A stretch of 64,000 nucleotides of DNA from Bugula neritina (taxonomy: Eukaryota > Animalia > Bryozoa). The position numbers were made by a program, and so were the translations under genes. Where the stretch lies: NCBI GenBank assembly GCA_964035545.1, contig OZ037766.1:15862722-15926721 (forward strand), given 5' to 3'. The notes beneath the pieces are model-generated. The model was not told the DNA's origin. It did not search any database and worked only from the letters and a program-made list of their open reading frames with translations. How positions within the stretch are numbered: the stretch's first letter is position 1; each line of letters starts with the position of its first letter. Below are positions 52,301 to 64,000 of this stretch, piece by piece.

Positions 52301-52763
52301 AAATGTTTTGTAGCCATTGCTGCATTAGACTGATCTATTTTTAGGATGAAGATATATTTGGTGATGATGACATCTTTGCTGATCTAGAAATAAAAAGCAA
52401 AGAGAAGAAATCAAAAGTTACCAATAGGACAAAAAAGTCAACAGCATCCAAATCAAAGCCATCAGTTTTTGATGATGATATGGGTTAGTATGGTACTAGT
52501 GAAAGCAAGTCAATAATATCTGTAACTACAGTTAGATTAGCTCATGTCGTTCATTACCAGCATGTAGATAATGACTAAATGTTATTATTGCCTGTGTGAT
52601 GAACATCTATATAAATCAATTGAATAAGGTTTGCTAACATACTATATTATTGGTTGCAGATGATATGTTTGCCGACCTTGGAAGTGCAAAACCCAAAAAG
52701 TCTAAAAAACTCAACTTAGATGACGATGACTTATTTGGTGACCCTTTGGGTGGACTGAAGTGA
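34310..52763 (+). CDS. WASHC2: WASH complex subunit 2 (FAM21), multi-exon
   Basis: Exon 1 34310-34390; exon 2 36178-36333 with WEKPW...NWSLAGDTG; LANTQFVEN|RVYDE across the 37097/37805 junction; RSLPVLIGSDAF; many L-F-acidic (LFa) repeats; repeated PAGAVSMFG; capping-protein-interaction motif VLHSMNK|SRAKIQQKRKPPSR; C-terminus DDDDLFGDPLGGLK*. Not every internal exon boundary was resolved. Confidence 0.93.
34430..35640. repeat. Degenerate 6-bp-periodic tract in WASHC2 intron 1
   Basis: TGTTTA, ATTATG/ATTATC, ATACTT ATAGTT and ACTATG ACTATT AGTCTT runs, starting ~40 bp after the first donor. Confidence 0.85.
42620..42810 (+). mobile_element. tRNA-derived SINE (family A) in a WASHC2 intron
   Basis: A-box-like GTGATCTAGGGGTTAGAGC, B-box-like GTTTGATTCCC, body GGTGATGTTAGGAAGAGCATCCAGTC, 3' end GTGACTATAAACTTGCATG; TGCATGTA at both ends. 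Confidence 0.8.
52027..52171. mobile_element. Palindromic (foldback) MITE-like element
   Basis: AATTGTTCTTTAAGCAGCTCAGAGTTGGGAGTGAC...GTCACTTCCAACTCTAAGCTGCTTGTAGAACAATT; arms pair over nearly the whole length; diverged relative at ~59199-59352. Confidence 0.8.
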
Positions 52764-53171
52764 AAGCAACTGTGAAAAATTCACTTGTGGAGATAAAACT
52801 GTCTTTCTAATTGCTTACGTACAAAGTTTACGGAAACAAATTATACTTAAAATCACTGCATCTAGAAATTAATTTATTTGTGCTTTTTATACCTTAATAT
52901 ATATTTGAGGTCAACAATATAATTTAAATCTATAATAAATGGCTAACAAAGTTTATACAAAAAATTTGACTGGTCAAGTGTCATAGTATTAAAAAATCAA
53001 AATAACCTCATATAAAATACATTCTAATAATAGAATATGGCCTCCACACAAATTGTGTGTGGACATTCATTGTGGTCAACAGTAATTAATAGAGCAGCAC
53101 ACATTGTGTAGACAACTTCATCATTTAACTACAAGAAGAAGGAATATAACACCATGAAGGAATCCTTATAT

Positions 53172-55044
53172 TTAAGGTTTGTTCCACATGGCCATACACA
53201 TGAAATCCTCATAGGACATCTGCACAGTGCCAGTCATACTCGTGTCTCGCTGACGGAACGAGTCTGTCAGCATTTTTAGCAGCACACATGCCTGAAATAC
53301 AAAGTACATCTGGTTTACTCATAAATGTACTTCATTGATTTCTCAATTAAATGTAAGAAAAATAACAGTTTAAGGTAAGCGTAATAGAACCACCATTGAG
53401 ATTCTTTTAAACCTTATTTTTGAATGTGCTAAGCGTGTAAGTGCTGTTGTAATCTAATATATAAAAACTGACCTGAATGAATGAGTCAAGAGTGAGAGCT
53501 CGTCTGCCTTGTGTATCATATTTGGTACACACTAGTTGAGAAAACTGCATTGATACTCGGTATCCCAGCTCACTAAACGCTAAAAATAAAATTATATTCT
53601 ACTTTTATCGAAATAGTAAAATAATGAGTTTGTAGAAAATCTATGCAGTAGATCTGTACCTGACTTACCATTACACAACTCATTAGCTTCAATAGAACCA
53701 GATCTATTGGAGTCAAATCTGTCAAAAGTTCCTTTCCACTGATTCATATAAGTCCACAGCTGCTGAAACTCATTGATGTTAATGGTTCCACTCATATCTT
53801 TGTCAAACATACCTAGAAAAATGGTTTCGAATGTGAAATAACGCATTAGAATATTCAAAGTAACAGTTTTTAAAGACATATTGTACAAGTGAAAGTTATG
53901 ATGATCGCAACATATATGCACAATGAGTAATGGCTTTAATACAGTTTACAATGCTTGCACAGAATTAATTCCATCAGATAATAGTTATGAATATGATCGT
54001 TACTGTTTACCTATGTCTAAAAAAGTATTTTTTTAATTCAAGTTTTAGTTTAAAAAAAATATTAGTATGGTTGAAATTAGATATTTTTCTCTATATTTTA
54101 TGAGTTGAACAACCTATTAGGCAATAAAAGTTACGCAATATGCTAAACCCAATGCATAATAGTTCAAAATGTTGTCTTGCAACAGTTACAACGTATTGTG
54201 ACATCACAATTTACGTACCAATCATAAGACGACAAGCTTCTTCATTGAAATGGGAATAGTTAGAGTTGGTTAAAGCTTGCCTTAGTTCCATGGCTGATAT
54301 CTGGCCTGACCTATCAGCATCCACAGCTTGAAACCAGGCAACTACCTGAGGGTCAACACCATACCCGTATCCGTAACCTGGTTGAGGAGGGCCGCCAGGA
54401 TACCCAGCAGGTGGAGGGGCACCAGGATAGCCAGCTTGTGGGGCTCCAGGATATCCTGCTTGAGGGGCTCCAGGATATCCCGCTTGAGGGGCTCCAGGAT
54501 AACCAGGCTGAGATGGTGGTCCACCACCTCCATAACCTGCACCTGTGCCATAACCACCGGGTGGCTACACCACAAATCAAATAAAAACTCGAATGCTGAT
54601 GTTTTATCCTTTTAAACCAGAGAGGAAGTTAAATCAAGAGTAGCAAAATTGGCATAGATTTTTCATTGAGTTCAAATGAAAACAGCACCAATACCGGTTT
54701 AAATAATATTTTATACCCGTTAGGCAGTTAGTTTAAGTCTAAAACACACATTATATATAATCTTAAATTATCCACATACTACTGTTTTTACACGTTACAC
54801 TTTAGACTAAAATTTTAACTTGGTTCAATCAGTGCAAAGTTACATTTTATAATAGCTAAATTTTAAGATACTAAAATTAAGTTATTTTAGTAAGTTCATT
54901 GCTACTAATAAGAAGGTATAGTGATTCAGTAAATATAAGTAAGCTAAAAATAATTCTATATCTATCAATATTAAAGTCAGAGTTATTTTTTGACGAATAA
55001 CGGCAAATATTTGAGTGTTGGTTTACCCCGTATCCATAAGACAT
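53172..55044 (-). CDS. PEF1: Peflin (penta-EF-hand protein), ~244 aa, 5 exons
   Basis: Exons 55044-55027, 54564-54219, 53812-53669, 53579-53473 and 53291-53172. Gly/Pro/Tyr N-terminus (GYPGAPQA repeats), [69 protein letters not shown]. The long repetitive N-terminus favours PEF1 over PDCD6. Confidence 0.88.
54380..54510 (-). repeat. Coding 24-bp tandem repeat (GYPGAPQA, about 5 copies) in peflin
   Basis: GGATATCCTGGAGCCCCTCAAGC(G/A) units on the minus strand. Confidence 0.9.
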
Positions 55045-55819
55045 TTTATGTGATTTAGAATTGATTTAAAAGCTGGCTTTGGTTTTGAGGCTACCAGTAG
55101 AAGTTACTATCAGATTTGGCCTAGAAATTAGAGTAACATCAGCCCTGAAAAACAAGAACAAAATGATTTGATAAAATAGAATTATCAAGTGACTTAGTAG
55201 TAAATGCTGCGGATAATTTTAAATTTGCAAATGGAGATCTTTGTCAGTAGGTCATTAGAGAAGTGGTTTCACCTACAGTGTATTTTAACACTTGAGCTAC
55301 ATTATATTATATATCATAAAACTATTGATGCAGCTAAAAGTATCATTCAATACATATTTTAAATTATTAGGCATTTAACTTTTTAGTTAAATGTTTGTAA
55401 CTTTTGTGCATGCTGATTCAACCTAAAGAAAAAGCTTGCCATCCTATCCCCACCTGGTGCATTCTATTTCTAAGAACTCATGTTGCTATATGTTGGTTCA
55501 TCTACTACCAACTGGTTTATTTTCCTAAAAACTTCTTTTTAACATGAGAAAAAAAATAAGAATGCACAAATTTACCAAAATTAAATGTTGAAACTAGTAC
55601 CTAAACTCGCATAAATATGGTCTTGTTATTTTTTGTTTGGCTGCAAATAATTTTATCAGTTTGTTATTGTTATAATTAAATTTAATGCCAGTAACTTTTC
55701 TACTAAATAAAAACGAATAAGTTAATTTTGCAAAATCATGTCCACTACCTTTACCCTGTCTAAATATAATTATGTACTTATTTCATCTCAATTTGTACAT
55801 GACACTACAACCTATGCCT

Positions 55820-57130
55820 ATAGTAATACTAAGTATAATAGTTATTTTTGTAGTAGACCTACTACTACTAGTTCTAATTAAATTGACTCTCATTCTTAGT
55901 CTTATATTTATAGGCTAAAAGTAAAGCCTACACTCATAGTCATTACTCATTGTCACTGTGATTATAATTGAGTGATGAGTCATTCACATTCAATTTCATT
56001 TTCAATGTGAATAACTCCTCATTCACTCAGATTAATTAATTACTATTAAACCTAGTGATAAATAATCACTAATCTTAATTTGCAAGTCAAAGTGCAACAG
56101 TGACACTAACAGTAACACTAACAGTCTAATAGTAATACAGTATTAGTAATAGTATAACTATAAGTATAAGTGTAACTAAAAGCAAATATGCAATTTTTAT
56201 TTCAGGTTAAGTTTAAGCTCATAGCAGAAAATTACAGTTACATTTACAGCAACATTTAGTGACTACTTACAGTTAGTGCTACTGTTGGTGTTACACTTAC
56301 AGTTACTGTTAGTGTTACACTTACTGTGTGTTGGTAATTATTCACTTTATGTTAGTCACACTCACTGTCAGGTTTTATTTTTTATCTTAATATATTTTAT
56401 TAAAAGTAAAACTGTTTATGTTATACTTTTAGTTATAGTATAACTATAACTATAAGTATAAGTATAAATTATACTTGTAGTTGTAGTTTATTACTGATAC
56501 TTATAGTTATAAGTATAACTTTAACTTATATTTATAACTATAAGACTAAGTTATACTAATACTTAGTCTTATAGTTATACTTATAGTTATACAGTTGGTG
56601 TTATACTTATAGTTAATGTTATACCTATAACTATAAGTATAGGTATAGTTAAAGTTATAGTTGTACTTATACCAAGTCTAATACTAATAGTAATAGTAAT
56701 ACTTATACTTGTAGTTGTACTTATACTTATACTATAAGTATTAGTATAACTTAAACTATAACTATAAGTATAAGTTAATAGTTATAGTTATAGTACTTTA
56801 ACTTTATTCTAAGTTGTGAAAAATGAAATGTAATAAACTGAAGCATTTAGACTATAGCTTATTACAGTTGAGTATCAATACCCAATATATGAGTGAATAT
56901 TATTATAAGAAGGAAAAGAGCGTAGAAGATCAACAAGCTTCGAGTTTGAAAGCTCAGGGAAGCGTCCACTTATAACTTTAGACATTGGTGACATTGACCT
57001 ATGTTGGGAAATTTTTAAAGGGTCATGTGCAGATAACTCTACTGTAAATTTATTAAAATTTGATACTAACTGCTACTAACATAACAGCGGCTACTAACTG
57101 CTAAAGCCTAAAATGACTAATATTTAATGC
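55820..57130. repeat. Degenerate 6-bp-periodic tract between PEF1 and RPL37A
   Basis: Dense ATAACT/ATAAGT/ATACTT/ATAGTT/GTAGTT hexamers, strongest at 56420-56810. Confidence 0.9.
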
Positions 57131-57447
57131 CAGTACTAGCAATGAATGTAATAATAATATGCTGCTATACTCTTTCAGGAGCATCGAGTATTTCTAGGCT
57201 CTAGCATTGATATGTTATAATTTATAGGTCGTTCTTGATGTATATAAACTATATTGCGCAATACTTTGTTTTGTGAAAGCTCTCCGTATATTCAATGCAA
57301 ACACGGAAAGATAGTTTATTACTTTGTTTTTTTATTTTTAAAAAATGTTAAAAAATTGCTTTCTTTAAAATAAAATAATTATTAAACACATACTTATCAC
57401 AGAAAATGTTTTTATTATTCATTGCCGATCGTAATTTTTCTCCGAAA

Positions 57448-57456
57448 CTTCCTTTT
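57448..57456 (+). promoter_or_regulatory. TCT initiator / 5'TOP pyrimidine tract of RPL37A
   Basis: CTTCCTTTT ~20 nt upstream of the ATG at 57474, typical of ribosomal protein gene starts. Confidence 0.7.
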
Positions 57457-57473
57457 AAGGTAAATTCGACAAA

Positions 57474-59027
57474 ATGGTAAGTTTTTAAATTAGATGTTTT
57501 TGTAATCTAGCGTAATCTAACAGTGTGGTTAACATTTTATGTTTTATTTTGTGTATTAGTCAAGATAGATATAGGTACATGTTCAGAATTTGGTTTGTAC
57601 AGTATTAAAAATATGCAATGGCGATAAAACTTGGCATTAATCTCGGGGTCACTTGCATATCTTCCTACGGCTACTAAACGGTGTTTTTTGTAGACAGGAT
57701 CAACTTTAATTCACGTTTTCTTTGCTCTGACTGTTGGGTTCATTTATTATTTATACGGAATTGCTAAAAATGTCAATATATAGCTCACCGTAGTCATCAC
57801 TGTGGTAATGATTGTACTTGTATAAATTCAGGCCAAAAGGACGAGAAAGGTTGGAATTACTGGCAAGTATGGCACAAGATATGGTGCTTCACTCAGAAAA
57901 ATGGTCAAGAAAATGGAAATTGCCCAGCATAGCAAATATACTTGCAGTTTTTGTGGAAAGGTACGTGTTAGTAATAGTTGTCTCTGGGTTCCCGTTGTAC
58001 TAATAGTAATTGTCATACCCATGAATGTAATACTAATATTGATCATAATGAAAACATTAAACGATTAATACTAATAATAATGGCTAACATTAACTTATTA
58101 ACTGAAAATGTTTAAAAACAACTTAGGCTCCTATAAATGTCTATATGGCCAAGTTGTCAATTGGCACCATAATTTTTATCAATAGAAGCTGAAACACAAT
58201 TTTTGTTTATCTCTTTATAATGTTGAAGCTTGATTTAGTTATTCTTTTCAGGTGTTTTCATTTCACTCTTGTTGCAAAATTAGTTATTACTTATATGGAA
58301 AATGTAGTTGAATATTAAAAGGCTAATCCCTTTCTATTTGATTTTTAGGAGACCATGAAAAGAACATGTGTTGGCATTTGGGTATGTCGAGCCTGCAAGA
58401 AAGCTGTTGCTGGAGGAGCATATGAATATAGGTAATAATCTCAGTTGGCTTAATTTTTTGTGACTTCCATTATCTTTTTTACAAGTGGGTAGTACTCCAG
58501 ATAAAATCATATGTTAACTTACATGTGCCTACATGTGAAACCGATAAATCATACCTATATAAGCTCTAAACCAGGGGTGTCCAACCTTTTCTTACCGACG
58601 ACCACTAAAAGAGAATATTCAGGTGGCGAGGGCCACATTGTAAACTTTAGTTTTTGCTGGGGGCCGCAGCATCAGCAATTTTCCAATTACTTTATTCCAA
58701 AATTTTATGAATTATTACACAATTAAGCACCAATAGTTACTGCAGGCTGCATGTTTGGCGGCCTGTATATAAATGTAAGTTTGAAAGGTGCTTATATTCA
58801 CTATAATTCATTTACATTGTAAAAATAATTTTATCTGTTATGCCTTTGAGGGCCACATAAATGTAAGATGCCCCCCCCCCCCCCCTTGTTTGACAGCCCT
58901 GTTATAAACAAGCTCTGTGATAGTATAGCACCATATTTATAATAGACTTTTTTGTACTTGTAGTACCGCTGCAGCAGCAACAGTTAGATCAGCTGTAAGA
59001 AGATTGAGGGAAATGCAAGAAAGCTAA
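57474..59027 (+). CDS. RPL37A: 60S ribosomal protein L37a (eL43), 92 aa
   Basis: Exons 57474-57476 (ATG only), 57832-57960, 58349-58431 and 58964-59027. [44 protein letters not shown]...[10 protein letters not shown]...[15 protein letters not shown]; AATAAA at 59055. Confidence 0.98.
58572..58901. mobile_element. hAT (Charlie-like) MITE, second copy, in RPL37A intron 3
   Basis: CAGGGGTGTCCAACC...GTTTGACAGCCCTG; degenerate TSD CTCTAAAC/TTATAAAC; internal similarity to 15010-15348. Confidence 0.88.
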
Positions 59028-59198
59028 CTTCTCTTATGCATTGATATTTATTTTAATAAACTACCCAATCTTCAATTAAAATTTTGCATTGTTTATATAA
59101 AATAATAATATAAGTTCGGCACCGCTGCTTATATGTATGTTTTCATAGTTACTACTTGTTTCTATGTAGCAGCTATATATGTCATAATGTTAAGTGAG

Positions 59199-59352
59199 CC
59201 TAAAGCAGTGCTAGGGAATACCAGCTCAGCCGGAAAAGTAGTAGCTTTGGGTTCTCGAATTACTAGTTAAGGTTGGAACTCCAAACACAAGACCCCCCCT
59301 AGCTACTGCACTCATCATTCCAACTCAGGGCTGCTTGTAGCAAATTTCTGTA
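59199..59352. mobile_element. Diverged relative of the foldback element at 52027-52171
   Basis: Shares CTGCACTC...TTCCAACTC..GCTGCTTGTAG..AATT and TTTGGG.TTCTC. Confidence 0.55.
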
Positions 59353-59921
59353 TGGTATTAATGGCCATAGCAATTGATCTTTGTAATCTTGTTCTATGAA
59401 AGCATTTTATTTTGCTGCTCACATGTGGATTAAAAATGTGTTGTGTTGTGCCACTTGCTAGAGAGGCATTGTAAAATGCCCAAGTCTATGCAAAGTAGAT
59501 TCTGTATTATACTTGCATATGCATAATAATTTTGTAAGCCAAACTTCTAGGTAAGAAAGGTTTTTAATAGCTAGCACAAAAACCTGAGGCTATTAATGCA
59601 CAATGCTCTGCATTCTAGCTTAGTTCTGGAGAAATGATCACAGCAAAATTGCACAAGTTGTGGTCAGAAACTGAAAATAAAAGCGCTGTTTTTTCCAACA
59701 GCAGTTACAACACCAAACACTAAAAGGTTTAAGGTGAATACAAATGTCCTTTGAGAAATAAATAATAAATGCAATAGGCTTATTTTTATAGCTTGTTATG
59801 AGGAATGAGAAGCTACATGTAAGCATTAGTGTTGACTGTAGCATGTTAGCACTGTATAAAAATGTGCTTTTGTTGAAGAACCCTGTACAATCTCGTATTG
59901 TTACAGTCCTGAATATGCTGT

Positions 59922-62900
59922 TTACTCCAGTTCTTCAGTTGATATAATCTCAAAATCAGAATCACTGTCTCCTTCTATTACAGAAGCATCTCCAATTCGA
60001 TCCCTCGGATCAATCCTCAGCTGCTCTGAGTCTGCCGGCATGTAGCTCAACACACTTGATACCAACTTATTAGCAATATCATTCCAATTTGATGCAACAT
60101 TAGGCATGAATTCATCAGATTTTGCTACGGCAGATGATGGCATGTTCATCAACTGTGGAGATTCAGATGGTGCAGTTGCATAAGGTAAAGTTACAGCAGG
60201 CTGAACTTCAGATGAATGCAGAGCTTCAGACGATGACAAGTTTGGTTGTGCTGAGTCGGAGTCTTCCATGATATCAGGTTGATTAAAAGGTAGACTCTCT
60301 GCATCGGAATCTGTATCGCTTAACGGTGGTGCGCTGGGAATAATGCCCATTCTACCAAGTAAATAAGTAACTGTGTATCTATCTATACAGGGTATAAACT
60401 ACAAATGTCACACATGCATTACATGACCAGAAAATGCCTATGATTCTTAGAAGTTAAGTACTACCTTGATCGATCAATTTCATCAGGGTCAGGCATCTCG
60501 TCTGCGTCTAACATAAAGGTATTGGACTCTTCACAAACATTTTCAAAATCTGGCATCTGTGAAACTTCTGGTGCTAAAGAATCATCATTGGGAAATCCGT
60601 CTAAACCAGGCTCTGTGATGAATCTGCTGTCATACTGACCTGTGTATACTTAAATTATTCATTATGTGTCTAATTAAGAGTTGGCCATTTAAACAAACTG
60701 TCTGAAATAATAAAATCTGAGGCTTGGCACAAAAGGTGCCTATTTTAACATATGAGTTTTTGGTACTAGTGGTCTGCAAGGCTGAACGAATTCTTAGAAA
60801 CATGAAAATATTTAGATTTCAGATGCCTATTTTCACAAGCTTAATAATTCAGCAGACATTTCTCCAACACTGAGAGATGTTTCACTGAATGCTTAAACAG
60901 GTTCGTCTTGATCAACTTGTCCAAACCATTTAAAACATGACTAGTCTAGTTTCAAAAACAAGTGAGGATATTTAGATAAAACAACCATCACATGTGCCAT
61001 ACAACAAACTCATCAAATATCAGCAGCAAGTCAGAGTGTTGGTTTCATATTCTTTAAAGCCATGTAAAACACCCGTACTAATGCAATTTATATAAAATAT
61101 TTATGCTGCCCAAAACCGCATTTTCAACTTTCAATGTCACATTATTCTCTAGATCCGAAAACAACCTTGCCAAGAATTATCCCTTTCATGGATATAACCG
61201 ATTTATACAAATCCAGTTATAATGTTCAGGAGGGAATATCCGTGGTCTATGGTTTAGAGCATTTGGCTTAGTGAACACGAAGTCATGGGTTTGAACCTCA
61301 GCATCCAGTCGTAATTGCTCCTGAGCCCCATATAAAAAAGTCCTTAAACCAATTTAACAAAAAAAAACTTTCCATCAGCAGTTTCTCACAAGGATGGTGA
61401 CTATAAACTTGCATGAGTGAGTGAGTGAGATATAATAATGTTCGAGACAGTAGTATACAATTTCTTTCAGCAAGTGATTACCAACCTGAGAGGTCGCCAT
61501 AGTTGGTAGTGTGTAAAGCATCTTGATGCACAACATTGGAATCTAAATCCCCCATGGAATCAGTATTGATATTCAAGTTTGCAGAAAACTCTCCACAATT
61601 GTCAGCGACTTGTAAATTATTTATTCGGGCTAAAAATAACCATTAGTGGGCATATTACGACTTAAACCTATATGCCATAGTAATATATCTAATAAAATCA
61701 GCAAAGTATAGAGAGTACATGCAAGCTACATAAAAAATTGCAACTAGCTTTTTAGCAGCAGACTGCTCAGTGATGAAAATAAAATAATCAAGTCTTTGGC
61801 TACATAACGGCATAATTCATAAGAATCAATTTATGAATGTATTCTGTTCCATAGGAGATTTTCACATCATTAGAATTCTTGAGACTTCTTAGTTTTAACC
61901 AGTACGATGTTTCACACTTTTTAAAAATATTTCCCACAATGTATAACAAATCAGCCCTGAAAAAAAATATATTCAACTTTCAAATAACCCTTTGGAACTA
62001 TACAATAAAATTAAGTTTTATAAAGGGTATGTTTCTATTCTAACAGAATATGTAAAACATCTAAAGCCTTTTAATGCAATCAAAATTATTGGCCTTTCAA
62101 AAAATCAACACAATGACTACTTACTGTTCAAAAATTGCCGAATTCGATGAACAGGTATGTTATTGATAACTGAAGAAGTCAACATGTCTTGCAGTGTGGG
62201 AGTCAATTCATGGTAAACCAGGCCTTGCATTATCCAAAATGTATTTACTAAAAGAAATTGAAAGTAAAGGATGGAATATTCAGTTATACATTTTAGTAAA
62301 AATTAAAAGCCACTACAAAGCAAACAGTAATAGGCACTGTGTTTCTATGCAGTGACAAGTGCAGATGCCATTAGGTTGTTGGATTTGTTGACCCGCTTGC
62401 AGTTATGGAAACAGTTCCGTATCTCGACCAATCGTACACTAAAACATGAGACTATAGGTCGATCTAGCAACTACATAAAAGAAGGGTTTATTCACAAGTC
62501 CGATGAAAGCCGAAGACATAAGGTACATCTTTGGCTCCTGTGAATCTCTTCTATTGAATGTACCAAAATACGTTGGCATGTGGAATTTTTTATATCATTT
62601 TATTCTGTAGAAGAGTTTAGCATGAAGATTCTAACATCAGAGAGTCATCAATTTTTGAAAAACACCGGGTTTCCATGGATCGATCTCAGATCAATCATCT
62701 TTCCATGAGAGTGTCATATTGATCTCACGGAGTTGCCTCCTCTTGAGTGAAGGGTACTTAATAGTATAATTTGTTCACCTATTTAACTGATTAAAGCTAC
62801 TGCTGTTGAAAAACAAGATTGTTGTAGTCTAAAATTTAACTCCAAAAATAAAATCGTACTTCAACCTACTACCACTACATAGAAACATAGTGGTGAGACA

Positions 62901-63917
62901 CAGCAAATCACTGTTAGTGATATGATCACACAGACATTACTAAAATCATATTTGTAAATGGAAAAAGAAATTTACATACAGTAACAGAAGTGAGAATAAG
63001 TACATACTTACAAGAAACGAACAGCAGAAAGGACAAATTCACATAATGCCCCAAAACCATGAGAGTTGTGCATATCATCAACATCAACACCAAAAACTGT
63101 TGAATTAAAAAGAAGCTGCCGTATATACCCAATAGTTTGGCAATATTAAATACAGGTAATACTAAATATCAACAAGCAAATTTGAACTAAAAATTTCTAA
63201 AGATTTTTCAAACTTCAGTAGTTTAGAATGATGTATGACAAAGAAAAACTAATAATTACTGAGCTCCTTCTTTGCTGTCTGGTTTTCCATATTTCTGTCA
63301 AGCAGAATTGAGCAAATGCAATAACTTTTGCACAATTATGACAAAACTGAGGCACAGAACATATCCTTGGATCAACTGAAACCCACCTAAAAATAAGAGA
63401 CAGATAGAAAAACTTTCAAGAATTTCAATCTCACATGGAATCGAATAAACTTAGTTTATAAGAAAATGCAAATGTGCCTAAATATAATTATACTAAAACA
63501 CCAATTATGACATGTAAATATTTGAAGCCAGACAAAAATGAACTTTCAACTACATGTTAAATTTGTATTCCAATATTACTAGAAGTATCCAATTCCATAA
63601 AAGGCTCTATACAGTCTATAGCAAAGAGGCCTAAGTAAATAACTTCTAATTGGATAACTAGAAAATCATTTTGCAAGATATATAAATAAGATATGAACTT
63701 CTGCTCACATTAGTTGTTTACAATAGACAAATCTTAAACTAATATATTATGTATAACAGGTTCAGTGACATGGGATTTAAATAATACATACTCATCTTCA
63801 TTCAACTCAGATGGTGCACGCAAAGTTGGCCAAATTCTTGTAATCCATTGATAGGAAATGTACACCACCAACGCTCCCCAAGCTAATGTTGCAAGCACGT
63901 AAGAGCCTTTTAAAACC
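59922..63917 (-). CDS. Reticulophagy regulator (RETREG/FAM134 family), 3' portion; 5' end lies beyond the window
   Basis: Reticulon-homology exons: RIWPTLR (~63793-63917), WVSVDPRICSVPQFCH (~63260-63386, like FAM134 WGFVHPRLLSVPELCH), FLVLMLMICTTLMVLGHYV (~63010-63097), GLVYHEL (~62123-62247); acidic disordered exons; C-terminal LIR-like DSDSDFEIISTEELE*. Confidence 0.82.
61228..61434 (+). mobile_element. tRNA-derived SINE (family A) with (TGAG)n tail
   Basis: A and B boxes (GTGGTCTATGG; GGTTTGAACC), body GCATCCAGTCGTAATTGCTCCTG, tail TGAGTGAGTGAGTGAG, 9-bp TSD ATAATGTTC (61219-61227 and 61435-61443). Confidence 0.85.
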
Positions 63918-64000
63918 CTGTAATATTTACAGAACTAAATATAGAATATAGATTATTAGATGGGGTGACAATCAGCCAATAACTCAACTGCACAACAATA

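Noticed and set aside
56420-56810. Telomeric repeat or CRISPR-like array
   Set aside because: The units are not TTAGGG/TTAGG-like, there is no repeat-spacer structure, and the context is eukaryotic.
57605-57740. Possible intronic snoRNA in RPL37A intron 1 (stem ATATGCAA/TTGCATAT, CTGA at ~57728)
   Set aside because: No good C box or H box and no recognisable rRNA guide; a snoRNA covariance-model search would be needed.

Overview
AT-rich animal (invertebrate-type) genomic DNA with spliced genes; no prokaryotic features. Bases 1-7.8 kb are nested, decayed transposons: a BEL/Pao LTR retrotransposon, an intron-containing Ginger/KRBA2-like integrase element in two copies, a full-length D,D34D mariner and a pogo/DDE-1 element. 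A gene-dense block follows: two head-to-head MFSD4/NaGLT1-like MFS transporters, two tandem galactose-3-O-sulfotransferase-like catalytic exons, WASHC2/FAM21, peflin (PEF1), RPL37A and the 3' part of a RETREG/FAM134 ER-phagy receptor, interspersed with hAT, PIF/Harbinger and pogo MITEs and tRNA-derived SINEs. The most unusual signal is a set of ~1-1.4 kb degenerate, self-complementary, 6-bp-periodic tracts (ATACTT/AGTTAT/ACTATT-type hexamers) that sit next to gene 5' ends and are not obvious elsewhere. Also notable: a possibly shared transmembrane exon feeding two alternative sulfotransferase catalytic exons, a gene-conversion patch between those exons, and in-window empty-site copies that order several insertions. 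All coordinates were read by eye and no database searches were run.
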